Assembly (NCBI GenBank): GCA_965112155.1
Contig: OZ218098.1
Length of the DNA: 64,000 nucleotides
Source: Podarcis liolepis
Taxonomy: Eukaryota
Direction: 5' to 3' (one strand)
The notes under the pieces were generated by a model that made no database searches, was not told the DNA's origin, and saw only the letters and a list, made by a program, of their open reading frames with translations. Position 1 is the first letter of the stretch; the number at the start of each line of letters is the position of its first letter. Positions 12,571 to 24,135 of the stretch are shown here, piece by piece. Made by a program: the position numbers and the translations under genes.

Positions 12571-14700
12571 ACTTTGATTCCCCCCCCCCAAAAAAAAACG
12601 TTCACTTTATTCTCTGGGATATCTCTGCTATTTTAAAGGCACAGATAACGAGGGAGTTGGAAAACTAAGAAGTGCAATTGAATTCAGCGTACAGACAAGG
12701 AGTGTTTCTGCTTCTTCATTTCTGCTATAGTTCTGGTGTGTTTTTCTACCACCATGCAGAAGCTTTTGCATATCACAGAAATCAGTGTCCAGTAGAGGTG
12801 CCTTGCCTTTCAAAGCTTAGCCTTTGATGCATCTCAAACCTTCCTATGAGTGTTACCGTAAGAGATTAAAAGATAATGGAAGTATCAAATGCTAAAAGTA
12901 GGTGTGACTGCACACTGCATTAGCTTGTTAATGCTGTCATTAGAAGAAATAAACTAAACGGCACCAGGTCTGAAATGCCATGAATTCTTACTTTGAAATA
13001 AGACGCATTAAATTCAGTGGCCCTTCCTAGAAAACACACATAGGATTGAGTGGTGAAAAAAGAAACGATTGCAGGATAACTCCTGAATAATGGTAAATCT
13101 AGCACACCTAGCAGCTTTGTTATTCCAAAATTGTGCTTACATTTCTAGCTGGCTCTAGGTCAAAAGGTCCATGTGGCTAACGGAAAAATGATGTATACAA
13201 AATGGCTATTGCAGTTTACCACAAGAGTTTACCACCTTGCCACCCTACAAAGCACTTTAACCCCACATGTCAGAAGCTAAAACACACAGGTTTTACAGCA
13301 TTTCTGACAAGCTTTAGAGAGAGTACTGAAAGTGCCTTCTACAATGATAAAGTGCTCATCAATAATGCTGCTGCATTTATGCTTTCTGTTTCTATTTGAT
13401 CCAAAGATGGTACTGTTTCAAGGATACTCATTTTAAATACTATATTGGAGCGTAGAGGAAAAGGCAGTCTCTTATGCTGGTTTGCCCGATAAGATGTCGC
13501 CGTCTCCACTAGATGCTCTGAGAAGCAATACCCTTATACCTGGACACAAAATCCCAACATCGTTGTGTTCTTTGTTTCTAAGCCGACACTGGGCAAGAAC
13601 TTAATATGAAGTGCCCAGGGCTTACAATTTCAGAGTTTATGCTTGAGAACAAAGAAAAGAGGACCTAATTTTGGCACTAAGTCTGCATTTGAAAATGCCT
13701 TTCAGCCCAGTCAAATTTGTGACCCCACTTGGAAAGGACCTTCAGAATAACATAAGCAGTACAAGGCATCTTTTTTTCTCTGAAAAGAGCAGTCTCTCCC
13801 CACAAAAAAACAACAACAGTGGCCTATTTTGTTGCACATAGAAAAGGGGCATTGGTTCAAGCCTGTCTGTGCTGGCAGCTTGCCACCCAGCTGCTGCTGT
13901 TGCTAGACTTAATCCTCCTGTGTGAGAGAAATGTGTTCTCTCTATTTTTAGTAAGCGTTTCTGTGTGCTCCAGTTTGGTTGCTGTTAGGGCAGTTCATCA
14001 AGGTAAACCACAAACATGTGGCTTGATTTATTTATTTTCTCCTGTGTTTCTGGTCGGATGGAAAGGCCTTTAACTGTCTCTGTTCATTTGTCTAAACCTG
14101 ACCCGTGCAATGCAGAGCGGACCCTAATACTGCTCATTGCCTCTTTCCAATGTATCTCAGACGGATGCAGTCATGAAGAATATTCAGCTGGGAAGCTTAT
14201 GGTGAATGTTTCTGTGATTGTATATTTTGAGATCGTATCGAGCAAGCACCTGTATCTCCAGATCAGCCTGTGGAACTTAGTTCTGACAGAGCAACAGGCG
14301 AGAGCAAGTTTAAAGCGCATCTTGCTGTTTTGCCCTTAAAACATTTTTGAATACCATTTTGAAGTATGAGCAGAAAGCTTTCAGCTTATTCACAGTTTTT
14401 TTAAAAAAATATAGAAAGCTACTAGAATTGGGTGGCTTAAGGCAAAAGATTTGCAATCAAAGCTAAAATTTTGCCCTTGTGAACAGTGTAATATAAGGCT
14501 ATGTCTACGGATGAAAACCTTTCTTGCTGCCATTGCTCATCCTTTGGGAACTCCACAATATATAAAAATCAGCTTAATTTTGCTGAAGGAGAAGCTCCAA
14601 TAATCCTGAAAACCCCAGCATATAGCAAGAGAGTTTGGAAAAGCACATTAACTATACCAAACTCTCTGCCTTTTCACACATTTACCTTTTTAGAACTGCA

Positions 14701-14848
14701 AAGTGCTTTTTTCTGGGGGTACGCAGGGGTATGCATACCCCTAAACATTTTGTGAATCTAAGTTTGGCCTCATTGAGGGTCAGTATTTCAATATGAGTAG
14801 GAAAATTAGAGTACCCCTAAACATTTTTTTAGGGGGGGGAAAGCACTG
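14701..14848. mobile_element. hAT-type MITE
   Basis: TIR AGTGCTTT / AAAGCACTG with 8-bp TSD gaactgca/gaagtgca. Confidence 0.65.
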
Positions 14849-15385
14849 GAAGTGCACCAGATATGACAAGAATGTACCCAAATATATATAAAAGTGTGGC
14901 TGCAGCTGCTACCCTCCGCAAAAAAAACACCAAAAAAAACCCCTTGTAGAAATGCGTTGTCCCTAACCGAGTCTGTTTTGTCTCGTGGTGAATGGGGGGG
15001 GGGGTCGGTTTGGAGAAGGAAGTTTGGAAAGTTGTAAAAAAAAATGAACCTTAGGGCTTGCTTCTAACAAACGGTTTCTGAGTCTTGCTGCCTACCTTCG
15101 TTGGACGATAGCAAAGCGAACCCTGCAGGAGGTGCTGTTGGTTTGCAAACGGTCCCAGACGCCGCCGCCGTCGCCGCTGTGGAAAGCAAACCAACCCCCG
15201 CGACGCCTCTCCAACTCTGCGCGTCGTTTGCGCGCGCATCCCTCCCTCATCCTCAGCAGCTGGGCTCCAGAGTTGCGCAGAGAAGGGGCAGCTGCAAACT
15301 ACTGCGCCATTATAAACCTTCCTCCTGTGAGGAACTTCCCGCTCTTTCCTGCGGGAGAATCAAGGATCTGAGGGAGGAGGCCTGC

Positions 15386-15416
<31 letters not shown>

Positions 15417-15452
15417 AAAAACACGACTCGCCGTTGCCCTGACAGGCTACCC

Positions 15453-15589
15453 CAGGCACCCCCAACCTGCGGCCCTCCAGGTGTTTTGGACTACAATTCC
15501 CATCATCCCTGACCACTGGTCCTGTTAGCTAGGGATCATGGGAGTTGTAGTCCGAAAACATCTGGAGGGCCGCAGGTTGGGGGTGCCTG
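15453..15589. mobile_element. hAT-type palindromic MITE (related to 8050-8186)
   Basis: Long TIR CAGGCACCCCCAACCTGCGGCCCTCCAG with 8-bp TSD ggctaccc/ggctactc. Confidence 0.85.
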
Positions 15590-16891
15590 GGCTACTCCAT
15601 GGGAGAAGCTGGGCCCTCGCGCTCTCCTCCTCCTCAAGCCAGCAGCACCCGAAGCCCTCTAGCCAGGCCGAGTGACGAATCCCCTCGCCTCGGCCCGCGT
15701 AAATTTCGCCTGAAGCGATAGGTTTCGCGCGCAGGAGATTCCTGTTCCCACAGGTGGGCGCCCGCGGACACTCAGGAGCATAGCTGTCAACGTTAAAGGG
15801 AAATTCCCTTATTCCGAATAGGATTCCTCACAAGAAAAGGGAAAAGTTGACAGCTATGCTCAAGAGGCGCTTCTCTCCCGCCACTGACAGAACCGCTTGC
15901 TCTGAGGTCGAAGCCCAGCGTGGTGTGTTTTCACCACAAGGAACACACACTCACCCGGCTGTTTTTTTTACCTGGTTGTAAAATAAAAGGCGCCTTGTCC
16001 CTCAGCCTTCGAAGGGATAATTTGGGGGGGGGAGGGGGGAGAAGGGGAATAATAGAAATAAAATAAACAAGCAATGGTTCATTACCACCACTACTTGGCA
16101 TTTCCCCCGAGAGGAGGGCCGAGTTGGCCCACTGCTGCTCTCCGGGGAGGCGGGTCAGATACTTAAGCAAGTGGAGAGGAAGGACGAGGTGGGGGAACGG
16201 AGTCAGCCAAAGGCGGCAGAAAAAGACAAGGAGCCTGAAGAGCAACGCGTCCTTCCATTTGCTGCAAACACGGCCCGGCGGCAATTGGAGCTCGCCTGGC
16301 GGCAGAAAGCAAGAAGAGTTGGCTGGATGCAGCGCTTAGCGAGAAAAGAACCGGGCCGGTTTATTAGCGCCTATGCGCAACCGTAGGTAGGTCTGCTCAG
16401 AGGTCATTCCCACGGAGTTCAGCGGGACTTATGCTCAGGGAAGCGCGTAAGAGACTGCAGCCTGAGCCAATGACGGCTGTCTCCCAGTCTTACTGGTGCC
16501 TCACGGGGGCTTACTTCTGAGTAGACCTGCATAGGATGGCGCTGCAAGGCTGCCGTCTCCTAGGGCATGCCAAGGCCCGAGGAGGAAACATCATTGGGAT
16601 GGGGGGAGACCGGGATCTCTCGCAAACCCCGCCATTCCAGGTTTGCACCACCGAGTCTATGTCCTTGATGATCCGAGGTGACTGGGGGGGGGGGACGTGG
16701 GGTAGGGAAAAGTGTCCCCACGTGAAAAGCCTGGACCTGGAAGAGGGTCCGAGCCAGGCACACCAGGTTTGGGTACGCTATTCCCATAGCAATTTTACAC
16801 ACACCATCCTGCACTGAAGAGCTGCTGGAGAACGATCGGGGCTCCTGTGAACTTGCGCCCCGTCCAACTTCTGTGGATGGCGGCTAACGAC

Positions 16892-16964
16892 TCTGAAGAA
16901 GTGTGCATGCACACGAAAGCTCATACCAAGAACTAACTTAGTTGGTCTTTAAGGTGCTACTGGA
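16892..16964 (+). mobile_element. Penelope-like element terminal fragment with a minimal hammerhead ribozyme motif
   Basis: CTGAAGA-A-GTGTG(CATG)CACAC-GAAA-GCTC-ATACC followed by aagaactaacttagttggtctttaaggtgctactgga. Same family as 51912-52046. Confidence 0.7.
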
Positions 16965-19900
16965 AGGATTTTTTTATTTTGACTTGAAAACGGTTTGTGG
17001 ATCGCAGGGTGCACAAACACTAAGCGGCGTTCAGTCATGTACTTGGCCGAGAAAATCGGGATGTGTGTGTGACCAGTTCCCAGTGGAATTGGGCTCTTGG
17101 GTGGAAACCCGGTTGATTCATCTCTCTGCAGCACGGAGTAGGTGCGGACGCGGAGGGAGAGGGGGGAAGGTGTCTGTGTGTTTGGTGCGTAATAGCGCGC
17201 GCGTTTCCATTCCGCAACTCTCCAGCTCAGTCTTAATAGGACGCTAAAGAAAAACCTAGGATGCCCTCTATAGCTCCTACATACGCTCAATGGGGCAACG
17301 AGAGAAGGGCTCCCTTTTGTGGGCCTGGATGTCCCCGGATTTCAGAGAGGTTCTGGGGGAGTCTATGACGGTTCCATCCCAGTCTGATGCTCTGTTTGAT
17401 TTATAGAGGCTGGGGAGGGAGGGAGGAGGGCACGGGAATCAGCCGACAGCTTCGAAATTTAGACGGCGAAGAAGCATAAATTATTACTAATTGAAAAGTA
17501 AATAAACAGGTGACTTTTCGGCTCAGATTCCCTCTTGGATCGTTACAANNNNNNNNNNNNNNNNNNNNNNNNNNNNNNNNNNNNNNNNNNNNNNNNNNNN
17601 NNNNNNNNNNNNNNNNNNNNNNNNNNNNNNNNNNNNNNNNNNNNNNNNNNNNNNNNNNNNNNNNNNNNNNNNNNNNNNNNNNNNNNNNNNNNNNNNNNNN
17701 NNNNNNNNNNNNNNNNNNNNNNNNNNNTAATAATTAAAAAAAATAAATGCCCCCCCAAAGCAAAAAAAGCCCTACTTTGTAGTAGGGTAATGGACAAGGA
17801 CTTGGGGGCCCTGCTATCCAAGTAGTAATTAGCACATCTTGGAAACAGGCAGCGCGGGGAGACGGATATTAAACCGGCAGCAAGCGAGGCAAAAGCCCAA
17901 ACTCATTGGGCTGCGCCGAGGGAGAGGATGGCGGCGGGGAGGCGGAGCCTGCCGTGAAGCAGAGCAGCCACGTTTACATAGCTGACCGCACCAAAACGCC
18001 CGGGCCTCCCGCAGGCCTGCCCTTCTTCTTGGCTAGGCGGCGGGGGAATCAAAGGTTTCCGTCCGCTTGGCTTTTTCCAAATGGGCGAAGCGGGGTGAGG
18101 CGGGGGGGGGGGGGAGTGTGAGAAAGAGAGATAGAGCGAGGGGAAGAAGAAGAGAAAAGTCAGCCTCCTCCTCTGATCTTCCCAAGCTGCTCTCTCCTTC
18201 CTTGAGCCTTATATTTACAGTGCGCCGCAAAGAGCTGCAAGTGGTTCTTGCGCCTCCTGCGCCGTCTAATGCAAGCTTAGAAGCCAGGAACGGGAAGTAT
18301 TTGAACGGGGAAATGTAAACATTATTTTTTGGCGCAATGGGAAAGTTGGGGGGGGGACAGGAGGTCTGATCTCGAGCCAAGCAACCCTTTTCCACCACGT
18401 TACGGCGTTTCTCCAAAAAAACCTCTCCCGTTTCCAAACTGTCTTACTCTAGTGGAATTAGCACCCCATTATTTGTGCCAGAGCGAAAGCGGATAGAAAT
18501 GGCTTTAAGCATCAACGCCGCCAGGCTCCAAATTGCTCCTAAGGAGCGGCAGCAGCCGGGGGAACCGGAGTCACCATACCTAGGTGGTGGCGGCGGCGGC
18601 AAATACGGCCACTTTCCCTTAATCCGTAGCTTTTGCGCGCAAGGTCTGAAATCGATCGGCAACGCCACGATCTCAGGTCCTTGGCCAAAGAAAGGATGGA
18701 AGGAGCTTTTCAACCTCTCTGTTCTGCAAATAAAATGCACCGCTCGGCACGTGGCGCACGGAGGCGAAAGAGCCTTTGGCCACGCCGCGCTTGTCCAAAC
18801 CTAGTCCCGGTTGGGAAATGGCCTTAGCTGCAGCCATCGCGCGCCGGGGTCTTCAGAAACATGGGAAGACTCCTATCGATGTCCCTAATATATGGAATGC
18901 ATAAAGAGGAGAAGAAAAACGGAACAATGACCTGACTCCCAGAGTCAGAAAGATTTTTTTTTCTCCTCCTTTCGGTTTATGTACTATTATTAGTGTTCAC
19001 AAATGCACGAATTCAATATAAGTGGCATCTGTTGAACATTCGGTCCTAGCTGCTTCGTTGTAGATAGATGTAGGAGGTGCCGGCTTGGCCAAAAAGGGAG
19101 AGAAAAAGTGGAGGTTTGTTCCACAATTCTCTTACAGAGAATATAACACAAGACGGTTTTTGGAATGAATCGGAAAGGAATCTCTTCCCCCCCGACGAGC
19201 TCTAGATGGCGCCAAAGAGTCAGAAATTATCAGAATCCTTCCCTCCCACCGGTTCCTTCCCCTCCTTCTCCTCTTCTCCAAGGACTCAAAAGTGACTGTC
19301 AAACATAAAAGCAAATCAGAGTTTTCAGGGTTTTTTTTTTAATACGTTAAGAATGTTATTCCTTAAGGAAATTTGTAGCTAAATTATTCTCACTTAAAAT
19401 AAACACTTAGTATACCAATTACCCAAATAGGCCGGATTTTTCTGCAGCATATTCCTCATCTGCTTTTTTTTTTTGAGCTCGGAAAAAGATTCTTGGGTGA
19501 ATACAGATAACGGCTGCAAATAAATTAGAAGATAAACTTGCTGCGTGTATGGGTGGGTGGGTGGATATGAAAAATAATCAGCTGTCGCGGTTATACGAGG
19601 ATGAGCACACACACGCGCGCAAATATAAACTTCATAGAACAAAATTAAACAGAGAGGCATTTGATCAGAAAACCCCAAGGAGCATGCATGAAATAAGGGG
19701 CGAAATCCGGCTGAATAGGACAACAGATCGGCTTCAGATATCCTCCCTCCCGATCCCTCCCCACTTCAGTCTCTACCACCTAAAGCACCATCCTCTGCTG
19801 TTTTTGCTTAGCAGCAAGTCCTCCGCCTAGGGGAACAAGATTTTGGGTTGCAGCCCCGGAGGATGCGCGTTGATGTGCCCGCCGATCTAAACCGCGTGGT

Positions 19901-22900
19901 GAAACCAACCCTCTTTTGACTTATGTGTGTCCCCCCCCCCCAAAGTAACAATACCGGGGTGAGAGAAAGTACAAATAGTCGTTTGGGTGAGCCTCACGCG
20001 TAAAGTGCCATCCAGTGAAAGCAGTTTTCTCTTCCCCCACAGTCCCGCTCAGCCATAAACACTCACACACACCGCCCCAGCCTATATTCCCCTTCCTGGT
20101 GCCTTGTCTAAGCTCTCCAAATCCCCTTTTAAGAGGGCGGGGGTGTCACTCCACTAAAACAAATGGAAAAGAGGGAGCGAGTTTGACTCTGCTCTCATCC
20201 TTTCTTATGTGTGCGTAAACGCGCACACACAAACATATGGGACTGCGAAAATCTGAGAGTTCTAACAATGATCAGATTTGTTTCCGGTTATTGGATAAAT
20301 ATCCCCTTCCTCCGGGGGGTGGGGGGGGGAGAAAAAAAAAGTTAGCATTCCTTCTTACTCCCCTCTCGGCCAGGCTCTGAAGTTTTCCCCCTTCTCCGTT
20401 TCTGGGGAGTCTGTAAATGATGGACGTTTCCTGACCTCGAAGGGGCAAAAGGAATGCAAAGAGGTCCTTGATCACTGAGCTGAGAATTGTAACCCCGGCC
20501 TGGCAGAAAGTGGGACCTGGACGGGGGAGCCCTTTGATCTGGGCTTTACTTATTTTTTTATTTCTTTTTTATTACAGATCGCAAACAAAGCAGCTTGCTG
20601 CCCAACAACCCAGCCCAGGACGCATTCCTTAGGCAAGCCCCACACAACAACAGAACAACTGACCGGGGAGGGAGGGAAGCTGTATCCTGCCTAGCTCATA
20701 AAGCTTTCTGTTTACTTTGCCCCCTCCTCAAGCGTGTCCTCTGCCCCCCCCCCCCAGCTGCCGTTGTCTTCCCTCTCCTCCTTCCAAAACCTCAATATAA
20801 ACACCACAAATGTATTGTGGAGACTTGGGTCTGGGGCATGGAGAGATTCACACACTTAGCAAGCGCTCCCCTCCCCACCGCCCCCTCCAAATTAAGCTTG
20901 CCAGAGTGGGGAGAGAGGAGCCCATTATCGACACCGCCCTGTGTCGGGCGAAACAAATAAAATAAATAAGAATCGTATTATTTACCACCGACACCGGTAG
21001 ACAGATAAACAGCTCAAAGTGAAATTGCGCCTTTTCTGCAGATAAGCTTCTGGCAACCCTTCTCAGCTTTGCATTGAAAGACTCCGGGTTCACAATACTG
21101 CTGGAGACATTATAATCTAGCCCCGGTTTCAGCGGCTGCATTTCAGCACAATTACCGAGGGAAGCTAAATACGAGCCCTGCTAGACACAACAGATGTTTT
21201 TATTCAGGGATTCTTTCGCCTACTTTTGCCAGCAAATCCAGCGGATAGGATAGGATCGGATCGGCTGGGTTGCTTGCATTTGCATGCCAAATTTCGTAAA
21301 ATAAAAAGGGGCTTCACATATATTTTCGCCTTTCTTTCTGCAAACGTGCAATCTAAATTAACTTTCTCCCCTTCCCCCCCCCACCTCCAATGTAACCTCT
21401 TTCTCTCTCTACTCCTTCGCAGAGTCTCTCTCTCCCCCCTTAAAGTAGCGCAATTATCTCCTTGGAACGATTTTCCCTTTTTTTAAAAAAANNNNNNNNN
21501 NNNNNNNNNNNNNNNNNNNNNNNNNNNNNNNNNNNNNNNNNNNNNNNNNNNNNNNNNNNNNNNNNNNNNNNNNNNNNNNNNNNNNNNNNNNNNNNNNNNN
21601 NNNNNNNNNNNNNNNNNNNNNNNNNNNNNNNNNNNNNNNNNNNNNNNNNNNNNNNTTAATTATTCCTGAGGTTTTTTCCACCCCCCTTTAGAATAAGACG
21701 CTGCACTGCGTAATCACAAAGAAGTCAGAGAGCATCCTTGAACCTTTTCAATAGCAGAGCCACTGATATTCAAATAACAGGCGAGGACCATTTGACTGCA
21801 TGGGGGAGACATAAGCATTTCCAATTCACTATTTGCATAGATCAACTGTCTTTTGAAAAGGGAAAGGAGCCAGTTGTCTTCCCTAACATTAAAAAAAGGA
21901 CCAGTTATCAAATCAAGTGCTTGGTTTGGGGGAAGCTTTTTAAAACGTTTACATTTTATCTCGGGTTGCCCTTAGCCGTTTGACATGCAAATTCGGCGCA
22001 GTTAATTTAGACAATTAAAAGGATCTTCAAGGGAAGCTTTGTCACCGAGANNNNNNNNNNNNNNNNNNNNNNNNNNNNNNNNNNNNNNNNNNNNNNNNNN
22101 NNNNNNNNNNNNNNNNNNNNNNNNNNNNNNNNNNNNNNNNNNNNNNNNNNNNNNNNNNNNNNNNNNNNNNNNNNNNNNNNNNNNNNNNNNNNNNNNNNNN
22201 NNNNNNNNNNNNNNNNNNNNNNNNNNNNNNNNNNNNNNNNNNNNNNNNNNNNNNNNNNNNNNGCTATTTATTCCCTCGGGGCTGCCTTCCTCTCTAACCT
22301 GAGCAACCTTGTTGGATGCGTTGCAGGCTTTTAAAGACAGTAAATACCGTACTTGCTCGGCCCAAGGTTTATCTTTAAACTCCTTATAAGAGGCAATTCA
22401 TTTATGAAAATCTCCCGAGATCGGATATGGGGTTTGAAGATGGGTCTCTCATTTCTTTCTGGGGAGGCGATGTTTATCATTTAAACAACAAATAAGTCGC
22501 TTTAACAAGTTGGGTTTTCACACACTGGGCTGCTGCGCCAGGCGCTCTAGGATCGCAGCCCATCCAAATCAACGGGCGATTTTTGTCGCTGACCTTTCAA
22601 TAGGATACGAACAGCAATCCTAAATAAGGGGACCTGGTTTATTCAGATTATCTATTGTCCTTGAGGGGTTCTGGCTGACACCAGATCCTTAGTATTCATA
22701 GCATTCAGCATTATTCATTCGAGCTGAACACATGGAACTCACAACCCGGAAGCGTGTTTACCCGAAGGAAATCCTATGGAATTCAATGGGCCCCTCATGC
22801 CTTAGTTAGTGTGTATAGAATTGAAAGCCTAATCCGTTCCCATGTACCTGGAGATAAAACGATCTAAGTAAGAGGAAGGCAGGTCGCAATGCAAAGTCCT

Positions 22901-24045
22901 TTGGCTGAGGCAGGGGGCGGGGTGGAAATGAAACCCCAGAGCGCATTGTTCAGAGTTCTTTAATAATACCAAAATGAAAATATTATGCCAAGTGTCGTCC
23001 CCCCCCCCAATACAGATAAACGCATTTAATTCCTTTAAACAACCTTAACTTACTGGTGTGAGTGAAATGTTAACTCAACATGTTAAATATCTCTTACATA
23101 TATACTGACCTCCACAAAGTGCATCAGAAATAATAATAATAATCATAATAATTTCTTTTTTAAAAAAAAAACTCCCCTGAATTTCAGGAATTACCCCCTC
23201 CCAAAAAAAAAATCCCTATTAGAATTGACATTTACAAGGGGAAAAGAGAGAACGCGATCCTTTGTGTGTGTGTGTTTTGAAACCCTATTTATACATTTGT
23301 TTGATGATACAGAGATAAACTGTCTCAACCGTTTTCCAGTTTAATATCTCACCTTAAGCCTCTGTGTGTGTTTGTGTGTCTGAGTGTGTGTGTAAAGGAC
23401 GATTTCTCCTTTTCCAATATTTAAATAGAAAAAGCGTCGTGGTTGATTGCTTTGTCGATTACGACTTGCTTTAGTCTGCAGTAGGTTTATACGTATAGCT
23501 ATATTATAATAATCCACTCCAAAAGGGCTGCGTGGTGGGGTCCTGGGTGGCGGGTTGTTGTTTCGTTTGCTTCATGGTTTGGTTTGTTTTTTTGTTTTTT
23601 TTGCCCCCCCTTTAAATTTTGCTTGGTTTAGTCTGATTTTTCCCCCCTTTTCTTTTCGGAGAGGGGAGTCTGCGCGTGATCTCCAGCCGCTTCTATTGCT
23701 GTTCGCCAGGAAGATAAGGTCGTGGTTTATTGTTTACTGAATGGTTGTTTTGTCTGCGTCTCTGCCCTTTCCGGCCGGGTTCAAGTCTCTCCAACAACAG
23801 TCTTTATATATATAAAAAAGGTCTAAAAAGCGCGCCCTCTGCTTCACCTTTTTCACCCACTCCCACCCCTTCTCTCCCCCCCCCTTTCGAAAGCTCCTGG
23901 AAAAGTGGAGCCAAAGTGGCGGTGCTGCTGCTGCTGTTTCTGGGGTTGCCTTTGGCGTCCCCCTCCCTTCCCTTCCCGCGCGCGCCGCTTCCTCTCCTCG
24001 CGCGCTCTCTCTCTCTCTCCTCCGGCCTCTTCCTTGGCGCGTCCG

Positions 24046-24099
24046 TGTCCCGCCAAAACTTCTCCCGCCAAAACCTGTCCCGCCAAAACTTCTCCCGCC
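24046..24099. repeat. 15-bp tandem repeat (about 3.6 copies) just after the SP9 stop codon
   Basis: Alternating units tgtcccgccaaaact / tctcccgccaaaacc. Confidence 0.85.
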
Positions 24100-24135
24100 G
24101 CCGCCGCCTCCTCCGCCGCCCTCCCTCAGCCCCTA

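Larger units (their letters stand above)
15000..18850. promoter_or_regulatory. CpG-rich intergenic patches between the CIR1 and SP9 3' ends
   Basis: Clusters of CGCG/GCGC at 15150-16400 and 17850-18850, against CpG-poor sequence before 15 kb. Confidence 0.55.
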
